The notes below the pieces were generated by a model. The model saw only the letters and a list, made by a program, of their open reading frames with translations, was not told the DNA's origin and made no database searches. From assembly GCA_964591465.1 (NCBI GenBank), contig CAZQBJ010000002.1, positions 1-37,574 on the forward strand: DNA of 37,574 nt. Direction: 5' to 3'. Source of the stretch: an uncultured Brevundimonas sp. (GTDB lineage Bacteria > Pseudomonadota > Alphaproteobacteria > Caulobacterales > Caulobacteraceae). Numbering within the stretch: position 1 is the first letter of the stretch; every line of letters starts with the position of its first letter. Positions 28,524 to 37,574 of the stretch are shown in pieces. The position numbers and the translations under genes were made by a program.

Positions 28524-28557
28524 AACCGCTAGGCTCTCTCAGTCTAGCGGTTTTATT
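28524..28557. terminator. Terminator between convergent genes
   Basis: AACCGCTAGGCT-ctctc-AGTCTAGCGGTT followed by TTATT. Confidence 0.75.
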
Positions 28558-28570
28558 ATCTCCTTTTGCT

Positions 28571-29512
28571 TTACTGCGCCCAGAGGGGCGCTTCTTTGAG
28601 CAGCCGGTACACCGCTCCGGTGTCGTGGGTGATGTAGCCTTGAATTCTGCCATCGGAGGCAGGGGCAGCCCCCTCTTTCCTGAATTCATTGGGGGTCTTG
28701 CCAACTTGACTCTTAAAGGCGCGGTAAAAGGAAGTGTCATTGATGTATCCACAGGCTTGAGCAATGGCGGAGATGGATTGGTCTGTGCGCCGCAGCAGTT
28801 CTTTCGCGGCTTTGATCCGCACCTGATGGATGTAGTCGTTGATGGAACAGCCCAGCACGTTCTTGCCGAACCTATGCAAAGTGCTGCGGCTCATTCCCAG
28901 CGTCCTGCAGATATCGTCCATGCAGATGTCTTGGGCATAGTTTTCATGCACAAAACTGCTCAGCTGATCCAGTATGAAAGTGTCGCTGTCTGCCGTGTGG
29001 GCATCGCTGAGGAAACGCTCGTCGTAGATGGTGTGGGCAAACAGATCGGCAATGAAACGGAAAAACTCCGCGTGCATGCGGAATTGATAGCCCTTCTGTT
29101 TCTCATAGGAACACATCCAGATCCTGGCCACGGAGGCGATGAGCTGCCTGGGCGGTATCCTCAGCCTGGTATTGGGGTCGGCGGTGTTTAGGTAGAAGTT
29201 GTAAATTCTGGAATCCTGGTTGCGATCTAGTCTGAATATGCCGGGGCTGAACTGCAGGAAAAGGCAGATGTTGGGACTGGGACGGGAGGCAAAGGAATGG
29301 ATCTCCCGGCTGTTGATGAGCATGATGCTTCCTTTGGCCAAAGTGTAGGCCACACCCTTGTACCTCACCCTCACTTCTCCCTGCACGGGGATTACGATCT
29401 CGTAGGCGTCATGCCAGTGAGGACAGGAGCTCTCGATGGAAGCGGTGAAGCACTTGAACCCAATGGAAAACGGATATTCGATCTCTTCATAAAGACTGAA
29501 GGACTCTGCCAC
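28571..29512 (-). CDS. AraC family transcriptional regulator (cupin + HTH)
   Basis: PHWHDAYEI cupin; SISAIAQACGYINDTSFYRAFKSQVGKTPNEFR; GTG after AAGGAGG. Confidence 0.92.
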   Translation of the reverse strand: MAESFSLYEEIEYPFSIGFKCFTASIESSCPHWHDAYEIVIPVQGEVRVRYKGVAYTLAKGSIMLINSREIHSFASRPSPNICLFLQFSPGIFRLDRNQDSRIYNFYLNTADPNTRLRIPPRQLIASVARIWMCSYEKQKGYQFRMHAEFFRFIADLFAHTIYDERFLSDAHTADSDTFILDQLSSFVHENYAQDICMDDICRTLGMSRSTLHRFGKNVLGCSINDYIHQVRIKAAKELLRRTDQSISAIAQACGYINDTSFYRAFKSQVGKTPNEFRKEGAAPASDGRIQGYITHDTGAVYRLLKEAPLWAQ

Positions 29513-29580
29513 TGTAGTGCTCACCTCCTTTTTCAGAGTCTCAGCCGGGTGCACTAGCCAAACCACAGGGCAGTTGGTGC

Positions 29581-29613
29581 AGGGAAACGGGAGCAGCAGT
29601 CTCCCGTTTCCCT
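29581..29613 (-). terminator. Strong hairpin after the GH3 gene
   Basis: AGGGAAACGGGAG-cagcagt-CTCCCGTTTCCCT 13-bp stem; weak U-tract. Confidence 0.55.
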
Positions 29614-29651
29614 ACAACCGCTATTCGCCTAGTCCGTTTCCTTCACCTGCA

Positions 29652-31724
29652 TTAAGCAATGGTAATTTTGCCCTGCAGCAGATCCTTGTCTGCGCTGCTG
29701 GTGCCGATGTAGACCTCGTAGTCCATCTTCTCCAGTTCCCAAGCATTGGTTTCCTCGTTGTACCAACGCAGCTTCTCGAAGGGGCAGGAGATGGTGACCG
29801 TTTTGCTCTCGCCAGGCTCCAGTTCCACCCGGGCAAAACCGCGCAGGATCTTCTTGGGCCTGTGGACCTTGGAGTTGCTGAAGCCCACATACATCTGGAC
29901 AACTTCAGCACCGGCACGATCGCCCGTGTTGGTTACGGTGCACTCGGCAATGACGTTCTGGCCATCGGTGCTGAACTTGGCATCCTTCACCTCGAAGGTG
30001 GTGTAGGAGAGGCCGAAACCGTATGGAAGTAGGGGCTCAATGCCTTCCCTCTCCAGCTTTACGTAGCCGTGATAGTAATCGTAGAACTGCTCGGTGGTGT
30101 CCCACTCTACCTGCGGCAGATGCTCTTCTTTGTAAGGAACCACGTAGGGCAGCTTACCGCTGGGGTTTACATCGCCGAAGATGATGTTGGCCAGGGCCCG
30201 TCCGCCTTCCATGCCAGGATAGAAGGCCATGAGGATGGCGCTCACGTCGTCTTTCCACTCGGTCATCATAATCATGTTGCCGCCGATCATGACCGCCACA
30301 GAGTTCTTGTTCTCCGGCCCCACAGCCTTAATCAAATCGATCTCCGGCTGGTGCAGACCCAGGGACTTGACCCGGTCGCCTCCGATGCCGCCGGTGTAGG
30401 CATCTACCTGGTCTTCGGTGACGTACTCACCTTCGTCATCGTGGTCATAGCCCACTACGAACACCACGGCATCCGCTTCCTTAGCCAGCTTGCGGGCATG
30501 GTCCAGATCCTCGCCGCTGTAGTAGACAACTTCCACGTTCTCGGGCACAGCTTCGGTGATGCCCTGGAGTGGGGTGATCACGTATTCGGGGAATACGCGG
30601 CTGGAACCGTAGTCGCCAATGACGCCCTTATCCGCCAATTCGCCCAAGACCAAGAGCTTCTTCAGGTTGTTCTTGTTCAGGGGCAGGACGCGGCCTTCGT
30701 TCTGCAGCAGGGTGATACCCTTCTCGGCAACTTCCCGAGCCAGGGCGATGTGCTCCGCGCAGCCCACCAGGCTCATGTCGTACTCTTTGTCATCGGCTTC
30801 CGTAAAGGCCAGCAGGGTGCGGACGATGCGGACAGCCGCCTCATCGATCTTCTCTTCCGGAACCTTGCCGTCCTGAACAGCCTTGACCAGCTTCTCGCCG
30901 AAGTGGATGGTGCAGCACATTTCAATGTCCATACCGCCGATGGCTGCCTCCACAGTGTCGCGGATGCCCCAGATAAAGTCGCTGATTACGAAACCATCGA
31001 AGCCCCACTCATCTTTCAAGACCTGGTTGAGCAGATAGTCGTGGTGGCCGCAGTGAACTCCCTTGTAGAGGTTATAGGCGCTCATGACGCTGGCTGCGCC
31101 TGCGTCGATGCAGTCCTTAAAGTGGGGGAGGTATACTTCCCGCTCGGTGCGCTTATCGCACTCCACATTCACTTTGAAGCGGGAGATCTCCATGGAGTTA
31201 AACGCGTAGTGCTTCACGCAGGCAATGACGTTCTCTGCCTGGACTCCCCGCACCAGCGCAGCACCCATCTGGCCCAAGTGGAATGACTCTTCGCCGTAGG
31301 TCTCCTGGCTTCTTCCCCAGCCGGGGTTGTAGGGCAGGTTGATGCACACGCCTCCGAAGAGGTTGCCGCCCCAAGCTCTGATTTCCTTACCGATGGCCCG
31401 GCCCACCCGTTCCTCCAGCTCCACATCGAAGGTGGCGCCCCGGAGCATGGTCACGGGGAAGCAGGTGCTCTTGCCCACACCGCAGACAACCCCCCTGGGG
31501 CCGTCGCAGAACTTCATGGCGGGAACGCCCTTCTCGTCAATGCCCCCCGCGGGATAGGGGATGTAGTTGTAATGCTTGTTGGGATCCTCCTTCATGTCCT
31601 GGATCATCTGCTCAAGCTGCACGTGGCCGCTCATTAAGTAAACCTTTTCTTCCAAAGTGAGTCCCTTGACAATCTCTCTAGCCCTTTGATCGTAGCTGAG
31701 CCTGTGCTCCTTTGTGCACTTCAT
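29652..31724 (-). CDS. GH3 beta-glucosidase
   Basis: DGPRGV, WGRSQETYGEE, ACVKHY, VMSAYN, GFVISDF (nucleophile), NPSGKLP, PYGFGLSYT, Fn3-like C-terminus. Confidence 0.93.
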   Translation of the reverse strand: MKCTKEHRLSYDQRAREIVKGLTLEEKVYLMSGHVQLEQMIQDMKEDPNKHYNYIPYPAGGIDEKGVPAMKFCDGPRGVVCGVGKSTCFPVTMLRGATFDVELEERVGRAIGKEIRAWGGNLFGGVCINLPYNPGWGRSQETYGEESFHLGQMGAALVRGVQAENVIACVKHYAFNSMEISRFKVNVECDKRTEREVYLPHFKDCIDAGAASVMSAYNLYKGVHCGHHDYLLNQVLKDEWGFDGFVISDFIWGIRDTVEAAIGGMDIEMCCTIHFGEKLVKAVQDGKVPEEKIDEAAVRIVRTLLAFTEADDKEYDMSLVGCAEHIALAREVAEKGITLLQNEGRVLPLNKNNLKKLLVLGELADKGVIGDYGSSRVFPEYVITPLQGITEAVPENVEVVYYSGEDLDHARKLAKEADAVVFVVGYDHDDEGEYVTEDQVDAYTGGIGGDRVKSLGLHQPEIDLIKAVGPENKNSVAVMIGGNMIMMTEWKDDVSAILMAFYPGMEGGRALANIIFGDVNPSGKLPYVVPYKEEHLPQVEWDTTEQFYDYYHGYVKLEREGIEPLLPYGFGLSYTTFEVKDAKFSTDGQNVIAECTVTNTGDRAGAEVVQMYVGFSNSKVHRPKKILRGFARVELEPGESKTVTISCPFEKLRWYNEETNAWELEKMDYEVYIGTSSADKDLLQGKITIA

Positions 31725-31775
31725 AAAACCAATTCTCCCTTCCTTTATGATTTTGCAGTTGCTTCCTTACTACCC

Positions 31776-32711
31776 TCAAGCGGTCGCTGCTTCCCTGCCC
31801 CTGGTGAAGCGGGCGGTCAAGAAAACCAGTCCAATGAGCATGAGGCCCTTCAGCCCTTCAGCCAGGGCTGCGCTGACCCCATAGAGGGTGAGCCCGTTCA
31901 CCAGTACTCCGATGGTCAAGGCACCGACGAAGAGGCGGAAGATCCTGGTGGGCATGCCGCCCGTGACGGGAACGCCTCCCGTGAAGATAGCCAGCATCAC
32001 TTCCAGTTCAAAGAAGTTGCCCATGGAGACATCCACCCCGCCCACGCGGCTGAGGGTGAATACCCCGGCTATACCGGCCATCACACCGCAGAGGACGTAA
32101 GCAAGGATCTTCATCTTCTCCACCGGTACCCCGCTGTTGCGGGCTTTGACTTCGTTTTCGCCGATGGCCTTGGAGTAGTACCCTAGTTTTGTGTACTCAA
32201 AGAGGTAGCCGAAGATCAGGGTCAACAGGACAAGAACGGGGAACATGTTCTCGAAGTTGTACAGATCAAACAGCTTAAAGGGAACGTAGATGGGGCCGCC
32301 CCGGGTAAACACGGGCAAAAGACCCCGGTAAGCAATGGAAAATGCTAGGGTACAGGTTACCGAAGGAACCTTGAGTTTGCTGATGATCACGCCGTTGAGC
32401 AAGCCAAACAGCGCCCCGAGGAGGATAGCTGAGGGGAAAATCAGCCATAGACCGTATTTGTTCACCAAGATGGCACTAATGGTGGCCGAGAGGGCCAGCA
32501 CCGCGCCTTGCGACAGGTCAATACTGCCCTGGGCGATGACGAAGATCAGCCCCAGGCCGCCAAACATATACAGCACCGTTTGGTTCAATATGGATCGTAG
32601 ATTATACGGCCGCCAAAACTTTCCTCCCACCAGAACTGAGAAGAGGAGAATCAGGCAAACCAGCCCGGCAAACGGTATGATGTGCTCTAAAGAGAGTTTC
32701 CTTTTTTTCAT
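31776..32711 (-). CDS. Monosaccharide (RbsC-type) ABC permease
   Basis: GSIDLS, YTKLGYYSKAIGENE, FELEV...GG. Confidence 0.88.
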   Translation of the reverse strand: MKKRKLSLEHIIPFAGLVCLILLFSVLVGGKFWRPYNLRSILNQTVLYMFGGLGLIFVIAQGSIDLSQGAVLALSATISAILVNKYGLWLIFPSAILLGALFGLLNGVIISKLKVPSVTCTLAFSIAYRGLLPVFTRGGPIYVPFKLFDLYNFENMFPVLVLLTLIFGYLFEYTKLGYYSKAIGENEVKARNSGVPVEKMKILAYVLCGVMAGIAGVFTLSRVGGVDVSMGNFFELEVMLAIFTGGVPVTGGMPTRIFRLFVGALTIGVLVNGLTLYGVSAALAEGLKGLMLIGLVFLTARFTRGREAATA

Positions 32712-34231
32712 CAGATCATCACCTGCACTATGCGATGTTCGCTAAACCCTTCCGCTCGCTCGAAGATTTTGGCGACCTCACCGTTTTTCATGATCAAAAT
32801 CCGGTCGGAGCAGCCAATCAGCTCCGGCAGTTCGTCGGAAATGAGGATGATCCCGATCCCCTCCTGTTTCACCTGGGCAATCAGTTTGTAAATGTTGGCC
32901 GTGATGCCCACGTCCACTCCCCGCGTGGGTGAGTCCAGAATCAGGATCTTGTTGGGCCGCGACAGCCAGCTGGCCAGGCTCACCTTTTGGCGGTTGCCGC
33001 CGGAGAGCTGGTTTACAGCCTGCCTGATTCCGCTGGCCTTAATTTCAAACACTCTCAGCTGTTCCTGGGCAAATGCCTTCCGCTTCCGGGGGCTCATGAA
33101 GCCCAGCCGCCCCACAAAGGAATCGGTGGAAGGCAGGACCAGGTTATCCTCAATGGTGGCCCTGACCATGAGCGCCTCGGTGTCTCGGTCTTTGGGCACG
33201 TAAGCGATGCCTGTGTCGATGGCCTTGCGCAGGCTGTCGATGCGCTCTCCCGTTTCGGCAAAGATGATCTGCCCCTGGTCAGGCTTGGTCAGCCCGAACA
33301 AAACCTTGCCCAGCTCATGGATACCGGAGTCGCTAAGGCCGCCCAGCCCCAGCACCTCGCCGCGGCGCAGCTCAAAGGAGACATTGCGCAGGACGCCGTC
33401 GAGAGTGATGCCATCCACCTTCAGCACGGGCTCTGCTTTGTCCAGCTTGGCCGGTGTGTAGAAGTAGGTTTCCTTCACTTCCCGTCCCACCATGAGACGT
33501 TTCAGTTCGTCCTCCGTGGCCCCTTCCGCATCTAAGGTGGTGACCTTCTCACCATCTTTGAGAACGGTAATCCGGTCGCACAGGGACAGGATCTCCGACA
33601 AGTTATGGGAGACAAACAAGATCAGCTTGCCCTGGGCCTTGAGCTTGGCGAGAAGTTCATACAAAACGGTGCGGTTGTTGTGGGAAAAGGCCGCGGTGAT
33701 TTCATCGAGGATGAGGACATCTGGATTGCTGGAGAGGGCTCTCACCAGTTCCACCAGTTTCTTCTCTTCCACCGTGAGGCTCTTGGCAAACACATCCAGG
33801 GGCACCTGGGCGATTCCCCAATCCGCAAAGGCCTTTTCGGCAGCCGCCCGCATTTTCCCCAAGTTCATCACGCCGCGGCTGGAAAAGCGGTCCGTTTTTC
33901 CTAAGAAGATGTTCTCTGTGACTGTGAGATCATCAATGAGCCCCAGTTCCTGCACCACCATGCTCACGCCCTGCTCATTGGCGTGGGCTGGACTTACGGG
34001 GTCGTAAGCCTGGTTATCTTTGAACATCCTCCCTTTGTCCCGGGTATGGATGCCCGCGACCATGGACATAAGTGTCGATTTACCGGAACCGTTTTCACCG
34101 ATCAAACCGTGGATTTCACCGGCGCGGAAGTCCAGGGAGACGTCCACTACGGCGCGGGTGGGCCCGAAGCTTTTCGAGAGATCCTCTACTCTTAAGACAA
34201 CCGAGTTCTTTGCCGCCTTTGCCTTGGTCAT
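32711..34231 (-). CDS. Monosaccharide ABC ATP-binding protein (RbsA type, tandem NBDs)
   Basis: GENGSGKST, LSGGNRQK, PTRGVDVG, ISDELPEL. Confidence 0.92.
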   Translation of the reverse strand: MTKAKAAKNSVVLRVEDLSKSFGPTRAVVDVSLDFRAGEIHGLIGENGSGKSTLMSMVAGIHTRDKGRMFKDNQAYDPVSPAHANEQGVSMVVQELGLIDDLTVTENIFLGKTDRFSSRGVMNLGKMRAAAEKAFADWGIAQVPLDVFAKSLTVEEKKLVELVRALSSNPDVLILDEITAAFSHNNRTVLYELLAKLKAQGKLILFVSHNLSEILSLCDRITVLKDGEKVTTLDAEGATEDELKRLMVGREVKETYFYTPAKLDKAEPVLKVDGITLDGVLRNVSFELRRGEVLGLGGLSDSGIHELGKVLFGLTKPDQGQIIFAETGERIDSLRKAIDTGIAYVPKDRDTEALMVRATIEDNLVLPSTDSFVGRLGFMSPRKRKAFAQEQLRVFEIKASGIRQAVNQLSGGNRQKVSLASWLSRPNKILILDSPTRGVDVGITANIYKLIAQVKQEGIGIILISDELPELIGCSDRILIMKNGEVAKIFERAEGFSEHRIVQVMI

Positions 34232-35223
34232 TTTACGACACCCTCCTCGCCCCGCATGGAAACAATGGTTACCGCGATTACCAACATGCCCAGCACCACT
34301 TCCTGCCAGGTTCCGGAAGGTACGCCCAGCAGGGTCAAGGCGTTAAACAGGGCCGACAGGGAGATGGTCCCAATAACTACACCCACCACCACGTTGAAAA
34401 TGGCCGCCATGGAACTGGCGATAAGCACAGCGGTGAGCGGCTGGAAGATGGTGCTCACGGTGGTCAGCCCGGTCCGGGGCAGCAGCTGCCCCACGTAGCT
34501 TTGGTTGATTGCGGAGCCTAAACCTATGAAGAGACCGCAGACCAGCATGCCCAAAAACTTGGCGCGGTTGGGGTCAATGCCCATCTCTTTAGTAACCCGA
34601 ATATCACTGCCTACGGCACGGACATTCAGGCCGATGCTGGTGCGGCAGAACAGGATGTAAACAGCGATCAGGCCTGGCACAAGCATGAGCACGTTATAGG
34701 GCAGCTGCCCTAAACTCCGCAGCTGAGAGCCTAGGCTTACCACCATGCCCCCGCTTCTCACCGCCATATTGGAATAAAACGCTCCAATGGACTCATAGAT
34801 CATGGCCATGCCCAGCCCGGCGACCCAGGGCGGAATCTTAGTCTTGAGGAAAACAAAACCATTGAGCGCCTGCAGGGCCACGCCAGCGGCCAGGCCGCCC
34901 ACAATCAGCCCCGCGTAGCCAAATTTCAGGCCTAAAATACCCGCCAAGTTGGATGCCAAAACAACAATGGCGCCGATGGAGAGGTCGATCATTCCGCTGG
35001 TAAAGGAGAAAATCAAGCCCCAGGTGATAAAAGTGGGAATGACAGCATGCGAAACGATGATACCCAGGTTCCTCCTGGTGAGAAACCGCGAGCCCGTGGC
35101 CAGATGAATGATCACAAAAACCAGCAGCAGCCCGGCTAAAACCAGTATTTGCTGTGTTCTCCGTTTTCCAAAACGCTGGAACATAGGGTTTGCGTCCCCC
35201 ACTGCATGTGCTTTCCTATCCAT
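34228..35223 (-). CDS. Monosaccharide ABC permease
   Basis: GMIDLSIGA, RTSIGLNVRAVG; multiple TM segments. Confidence 0.85.
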   Translation of the reverse strand: MDRKAHAVGDANPMFQRFGKRRTQQILVLAGLLLVFVIIHLATGSRFLTRRNLGIIVSHAVIPTFITWGLIFSFTSGMIDLSIGAIVVLASNLAGILGLKFGYAGLIVGGLAAGVALQALNGFVFLKTKIPPWVAGLGMAMIYESIGAFYSNMAVRSGGMVVSLGSQLRSLGQLPYNVLMLVPGLIAVYILFCRTSIGLNVRAVGSDIRVTKEMGIDPNRAKFLGMLVCGLFIGLGSAINQSYVGQLLPRTGLTTVSTIFQPLTAVLIASSMAAIFNVVVGVVIGTISLSALFNALTLLGVPSGTWQEVVLGMLVIAVTIVSMRGEEGVVK

Positions 35224-35289
35224 GAACTTCAACCCCTTTTGAAAGGGGGCTGCCAAAAACAAAGTGTATTTGGCAGCCCAGCTGTCGTG

Positions 35290-36411
35290 CTAGAAGCCGT
35301 AGCGTTGCAGATCCTCTTCTGTGATGATGCCAGCTTCGAACTTATCCCTAACGCGCTGTTCAACAGAGTAATTTGCAAGCAGTGTCTCAAATGATTCGGC
35401 AGATGCTGCTGGATTGTACTTTACGCTCAGGTTCATGATCTCTTCTGGGCTGAAGGGCATGTTGTCCAGCCATTGCTCTTCGTATGCCTTGTACTGCCCA
35501 GCCTCCAACACGATAATGGGTACATGGAACACAGGTGCCTGCCCGTTGGCGTCCTTGATGGCATTGCCTTCCAGGAAGTTGTGCAGCAGGGCCACGGCTA
35601 AGCCGGAGTTGATCCAGTGTGCGCCGTTGGCTGCGTTGATCTTGCCCCCTTGCAGGCCTTCCAGGATGGGGGGATCCAGGTCGGTAACGTAGTACTGGAT
35701 GTCCAGATCCGCATACTTCTGGAGCACTTCCATGGTGGCCACTGCCGGCTCGCCAGAGGTGGTGTAGACAACCTCAACGTCTGGATAGGCTACCAACAGG
35801 TCTTCGCTCTTCTTCAGAGCCTCGGCGCGGCCGCCAGTTGCCGCCCAGGCGATGTCCAAAACCTTACCGCCTGCGCCTTCAAACGCATCGGTAAAGCCTT
35901 TCACCCGTGCTTCGTGGGTTGTGTCGCCCCGGTTACCTGTGACCAGCACCGCGGTTTTGGCACCCGTGGCTGCCGCGAACTCTCCGATGGGGAAACCTGC
36001 GTCGTAGTCATCTTCACCAACTGCTCCCACGAAATAGGGGTTGTTGCGCAGATGGGCCAGGGTGTCCGGAGTGGGCAAGTGATCATACAGCACAAAGGGT
36101 ACCCGGGCGTCGGCACACATTTTACCAACGATGGCAAAGGTAGCATCGGACAAGCCAAAGTAGATGATCCCATCTACTCCCGAGGCAATCAAGTTCTCCA
36201 CGTTGGAAATGGATTTCTCGATTGTGCCCTCGTCATTTACCACCATAAGTTCAGCACCCAGGGCATCAGCGGCGTAAACAGCGAAGTTCTCCAAGATGTC
36301 CAGGCAGTAAACGCCGGACAGGGCGTTGTTAAACCCGATTTTGTAATCCGCTGCCAGCGCGCTGGCACTGAGCAAAAAGACCAACAACAAACAAATAGAC
36401 AACCGTTTCAT
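35290..36411 (-). CDS. Sugar ABC substrate-binding protein (RbsB/periplasmic binding protein type I)
   Basis: Signal peptide ending ALA, VENLIASGVDGII, EARVKGF, LLVAYPDV. Confidence 0.88.
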   Translation of the reverse strand: MKRLSICLLLVFLLSASALAADYKIGFNNALSGVYCLDILENFAVYAADALGAELMVVNDEGTIEKSISNVENLIASGVDGIIYFGLSDATFAIVGKMCADARVPFVLYDHLPTPDTLAHLRNNPYFVGAVGEDDYDAGFPIGEFAAATGAKTAVLVTGNRGDTTHEARVKGFTDAFEGAGGKVLDIAWAATGGRAEALKKSEDLLVAYPDVEVVYTTSGEPAVATMEVLQKYADLDIQYYVTDLDPPILEGLQGGKINAANGAHWINSGLAVALLHNFLEGNAIKDANGQAPVFHVPIIVLEAGQYKAYEEQWLDNMPFSPEEIMNLSVKYNPAASAESFETLLANYSVEQRVRDKFEAGIITEEDLQRYGF

Positions 36412-36724
36412 ACTTCTGCTCCTTTCTCCTTTCTTTTGTTCCCGTATTCAGCGACCTACGTTCCCCTTATCTCAACGATGGTTAGGCATGGCCCCGGGGT
36501 TCCACGCCCAATTATCGGGATGGTATTCACAAAGAAGCCAGGCGGCCGAAAACCCAGCCCAAACAGGATGTAAAGAGTGCAGAGCACCCATGCACATGGC
36601 TAAGTGCCATGGCTTCTATCTTTATGTTACCTTACAACTGAACAACAATGTTTTCATTTTGTGTCATTTTGTCTTGCGGATTGTTTCAGATTTTACACCC
36701 CACCCATTTTGCTTACGAAAAGCG

Positions 36725-36768
36725 AAAAAGCCAAGCCTTTCCGGTGTCTTACACCGGTAGGCTTGGCT
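36725..36768 (-). terminator. Intrinsic terminator
   Basis: AGCCAAGCCT.tCCGGTGT-ctt-ACACCGG.tAGGCTTGGCT with an A5 run on the + strand. Confidence 0.8.
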
Positions 36769-36791
36769 GCTTCTGCATCCAGTAAAGTGGT

Positions 36792-37136
36792 TTAAGTTTG
36801 TGACGGCGAGTCCTTACGCTTTCTCCCAGCAAAGAGGTTCAAAACGGCCAAGGCCAGGGCAACTCCACCCCAAATGGTCAAGTCTTTGTAGGGAGTAGTG
36901 GCTCCGGCGGCCATGCCCAGCAATCCAGCTAGGGCCATGACCACAAGGGAAACCTTGGGCACCCCAAAGGCGAATGCTCCTCCGACTAAAAACAAGAAAG
37001 CAACAAGGAGCCCCACAGCACCTCCCTGTTGAGTACCTTCCTCCGCCAAAATGGCGCCGCCCATGCTCACCGTGCAGGACTGCAGGAAGATCACCAAACT
37101 CAAGACCAGCGATAGTATTCCTGATGCAACTTTCAA
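36792..37136 (-). CDS. Small hypothetical 4-TM membrane protein
   Basis: GGAGG RBS with TTG; hydrophobic segments; basic C-terminal tail. Confidence 0.7.
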   Translation of the reverse strand: MKVASGILSLVLSLVIFLQSCTVSMGGAILAEEGTQQGGAVGLLVAFLFLVGGAFAFGVPKVSLVVMALAGLLGMAAGATTPYKDLTIWGGVALALAVLNLFAGRKRKDSPSQT

Positions 37137-37219
37137 GAGTATCCTCCATTCGTGATGATCTGGCCTCAAGACCACTTCTTGTCTTCGACCTTGTCCCAGC
37201 TAGGGCATGGATCTAGATC

Positions 37220-37574
37220 CTAGAGGATCTGTGCCAAGAAGCGCTGAGTGCGCTCATGTTCCGGCGCGGTGAAGAACTTCTCCGGGGGAGCTTGCTCCAC
37301 GATGTTCCCCTCGTCAAAAAAGATCACCCTGTCCGCCACTTCCCGGGCAAAACCCATTTCATGGGTGACCACAAGCATGGTCATGCCGCCTTCGGCCAGC
37401 CCCTTCATGACGTCTAGGACTTCGGCAATCATCTCCGGATCCAAAGCGGAGGTAGGCTCATCGAACAGCATAACCTGGGGCTGCATTGCCAGGGCCCTGG
37501 CAATGGCCACCCGCTGCTTCTGGCCGCCGGAGGTGGCCGCGGGATACTTGTCCGCCTGATCGCGGATGCCCACC
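37220..37574 (-). CDS. Polar amino acid ABC ATP-binding protein (GlnQ type), C-terminal part
   Basis: [47 protein letters not shown]. Confidence 0.92.
   Translation of the reverse strand, partial: VGIRDQADKYPAATSGGQKQRVAIARALAMQPQVMLFDEPTSALDPEMIAEVLDVMKGLAEGGMTMLVVTHEMGFAREVADRVIFFDEGNIVEQAPPEKFFTAPEHERTQRFLAQIL

Noticed and set aside
30069-31286. Long antisense ORFs (also 18449-19345, 35617-36573, 26619-27371, 22042-22767)
   Set aside because: Shadow frames of well-supported genes in GC-rich DNA, with no RBS or family motifs
32711-34231. Degenerate Walker B (LDSPT) in the second NBD suggesting an inactive ATPase
   Set aside because: RbsA-type ATPases normally have one degenerate site; NBD1 Walker A/B and the NBD2 signature are intact

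Overview
A 37.6-kb chromosomal window from a moderately GC-rich Firmicute-type bacterium. It probably has a diderm envelope (Limnochordia-like; inferred from non-lipoprotein substrate-binding proteins together with SigH-type promoters). About 34 metabolic and accessory genes are present: a DUF5320/DUF134 pair, a vWA protein and a macro-domain-HTH protein flanking nitroreductase/flavodoxin genes, an amidase, a lower-GC LacI-regulated arabino-oligosaccharide locus (two GH51 enzymes plus ABC transporter), kdgK, dps, an orphan sugar ABC transporter, alkaline phosphatase, an operon with an unusual secreted VanX-type D-Ala-D-Ala dipeptidase/guanine-deaminase-like fusion followed by two paralogous membrane acyltransferases, tldD/tldE, and a ribose-type ABC + GH3 + AraC locus. 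I saw no mobile elements, CRISPR arrays, rRNA or tRNA. The most striking unexplained signal is a candidate ~280-nt non-coding RNA (minus strand, ~20170 to 19891). It has its own promoter-like motif, a 19-bp G-U-containing closing stem, repeated GCAC motifs and an intrinsic terminator. All calls come from reading the sequence by eye; no database searches were run.
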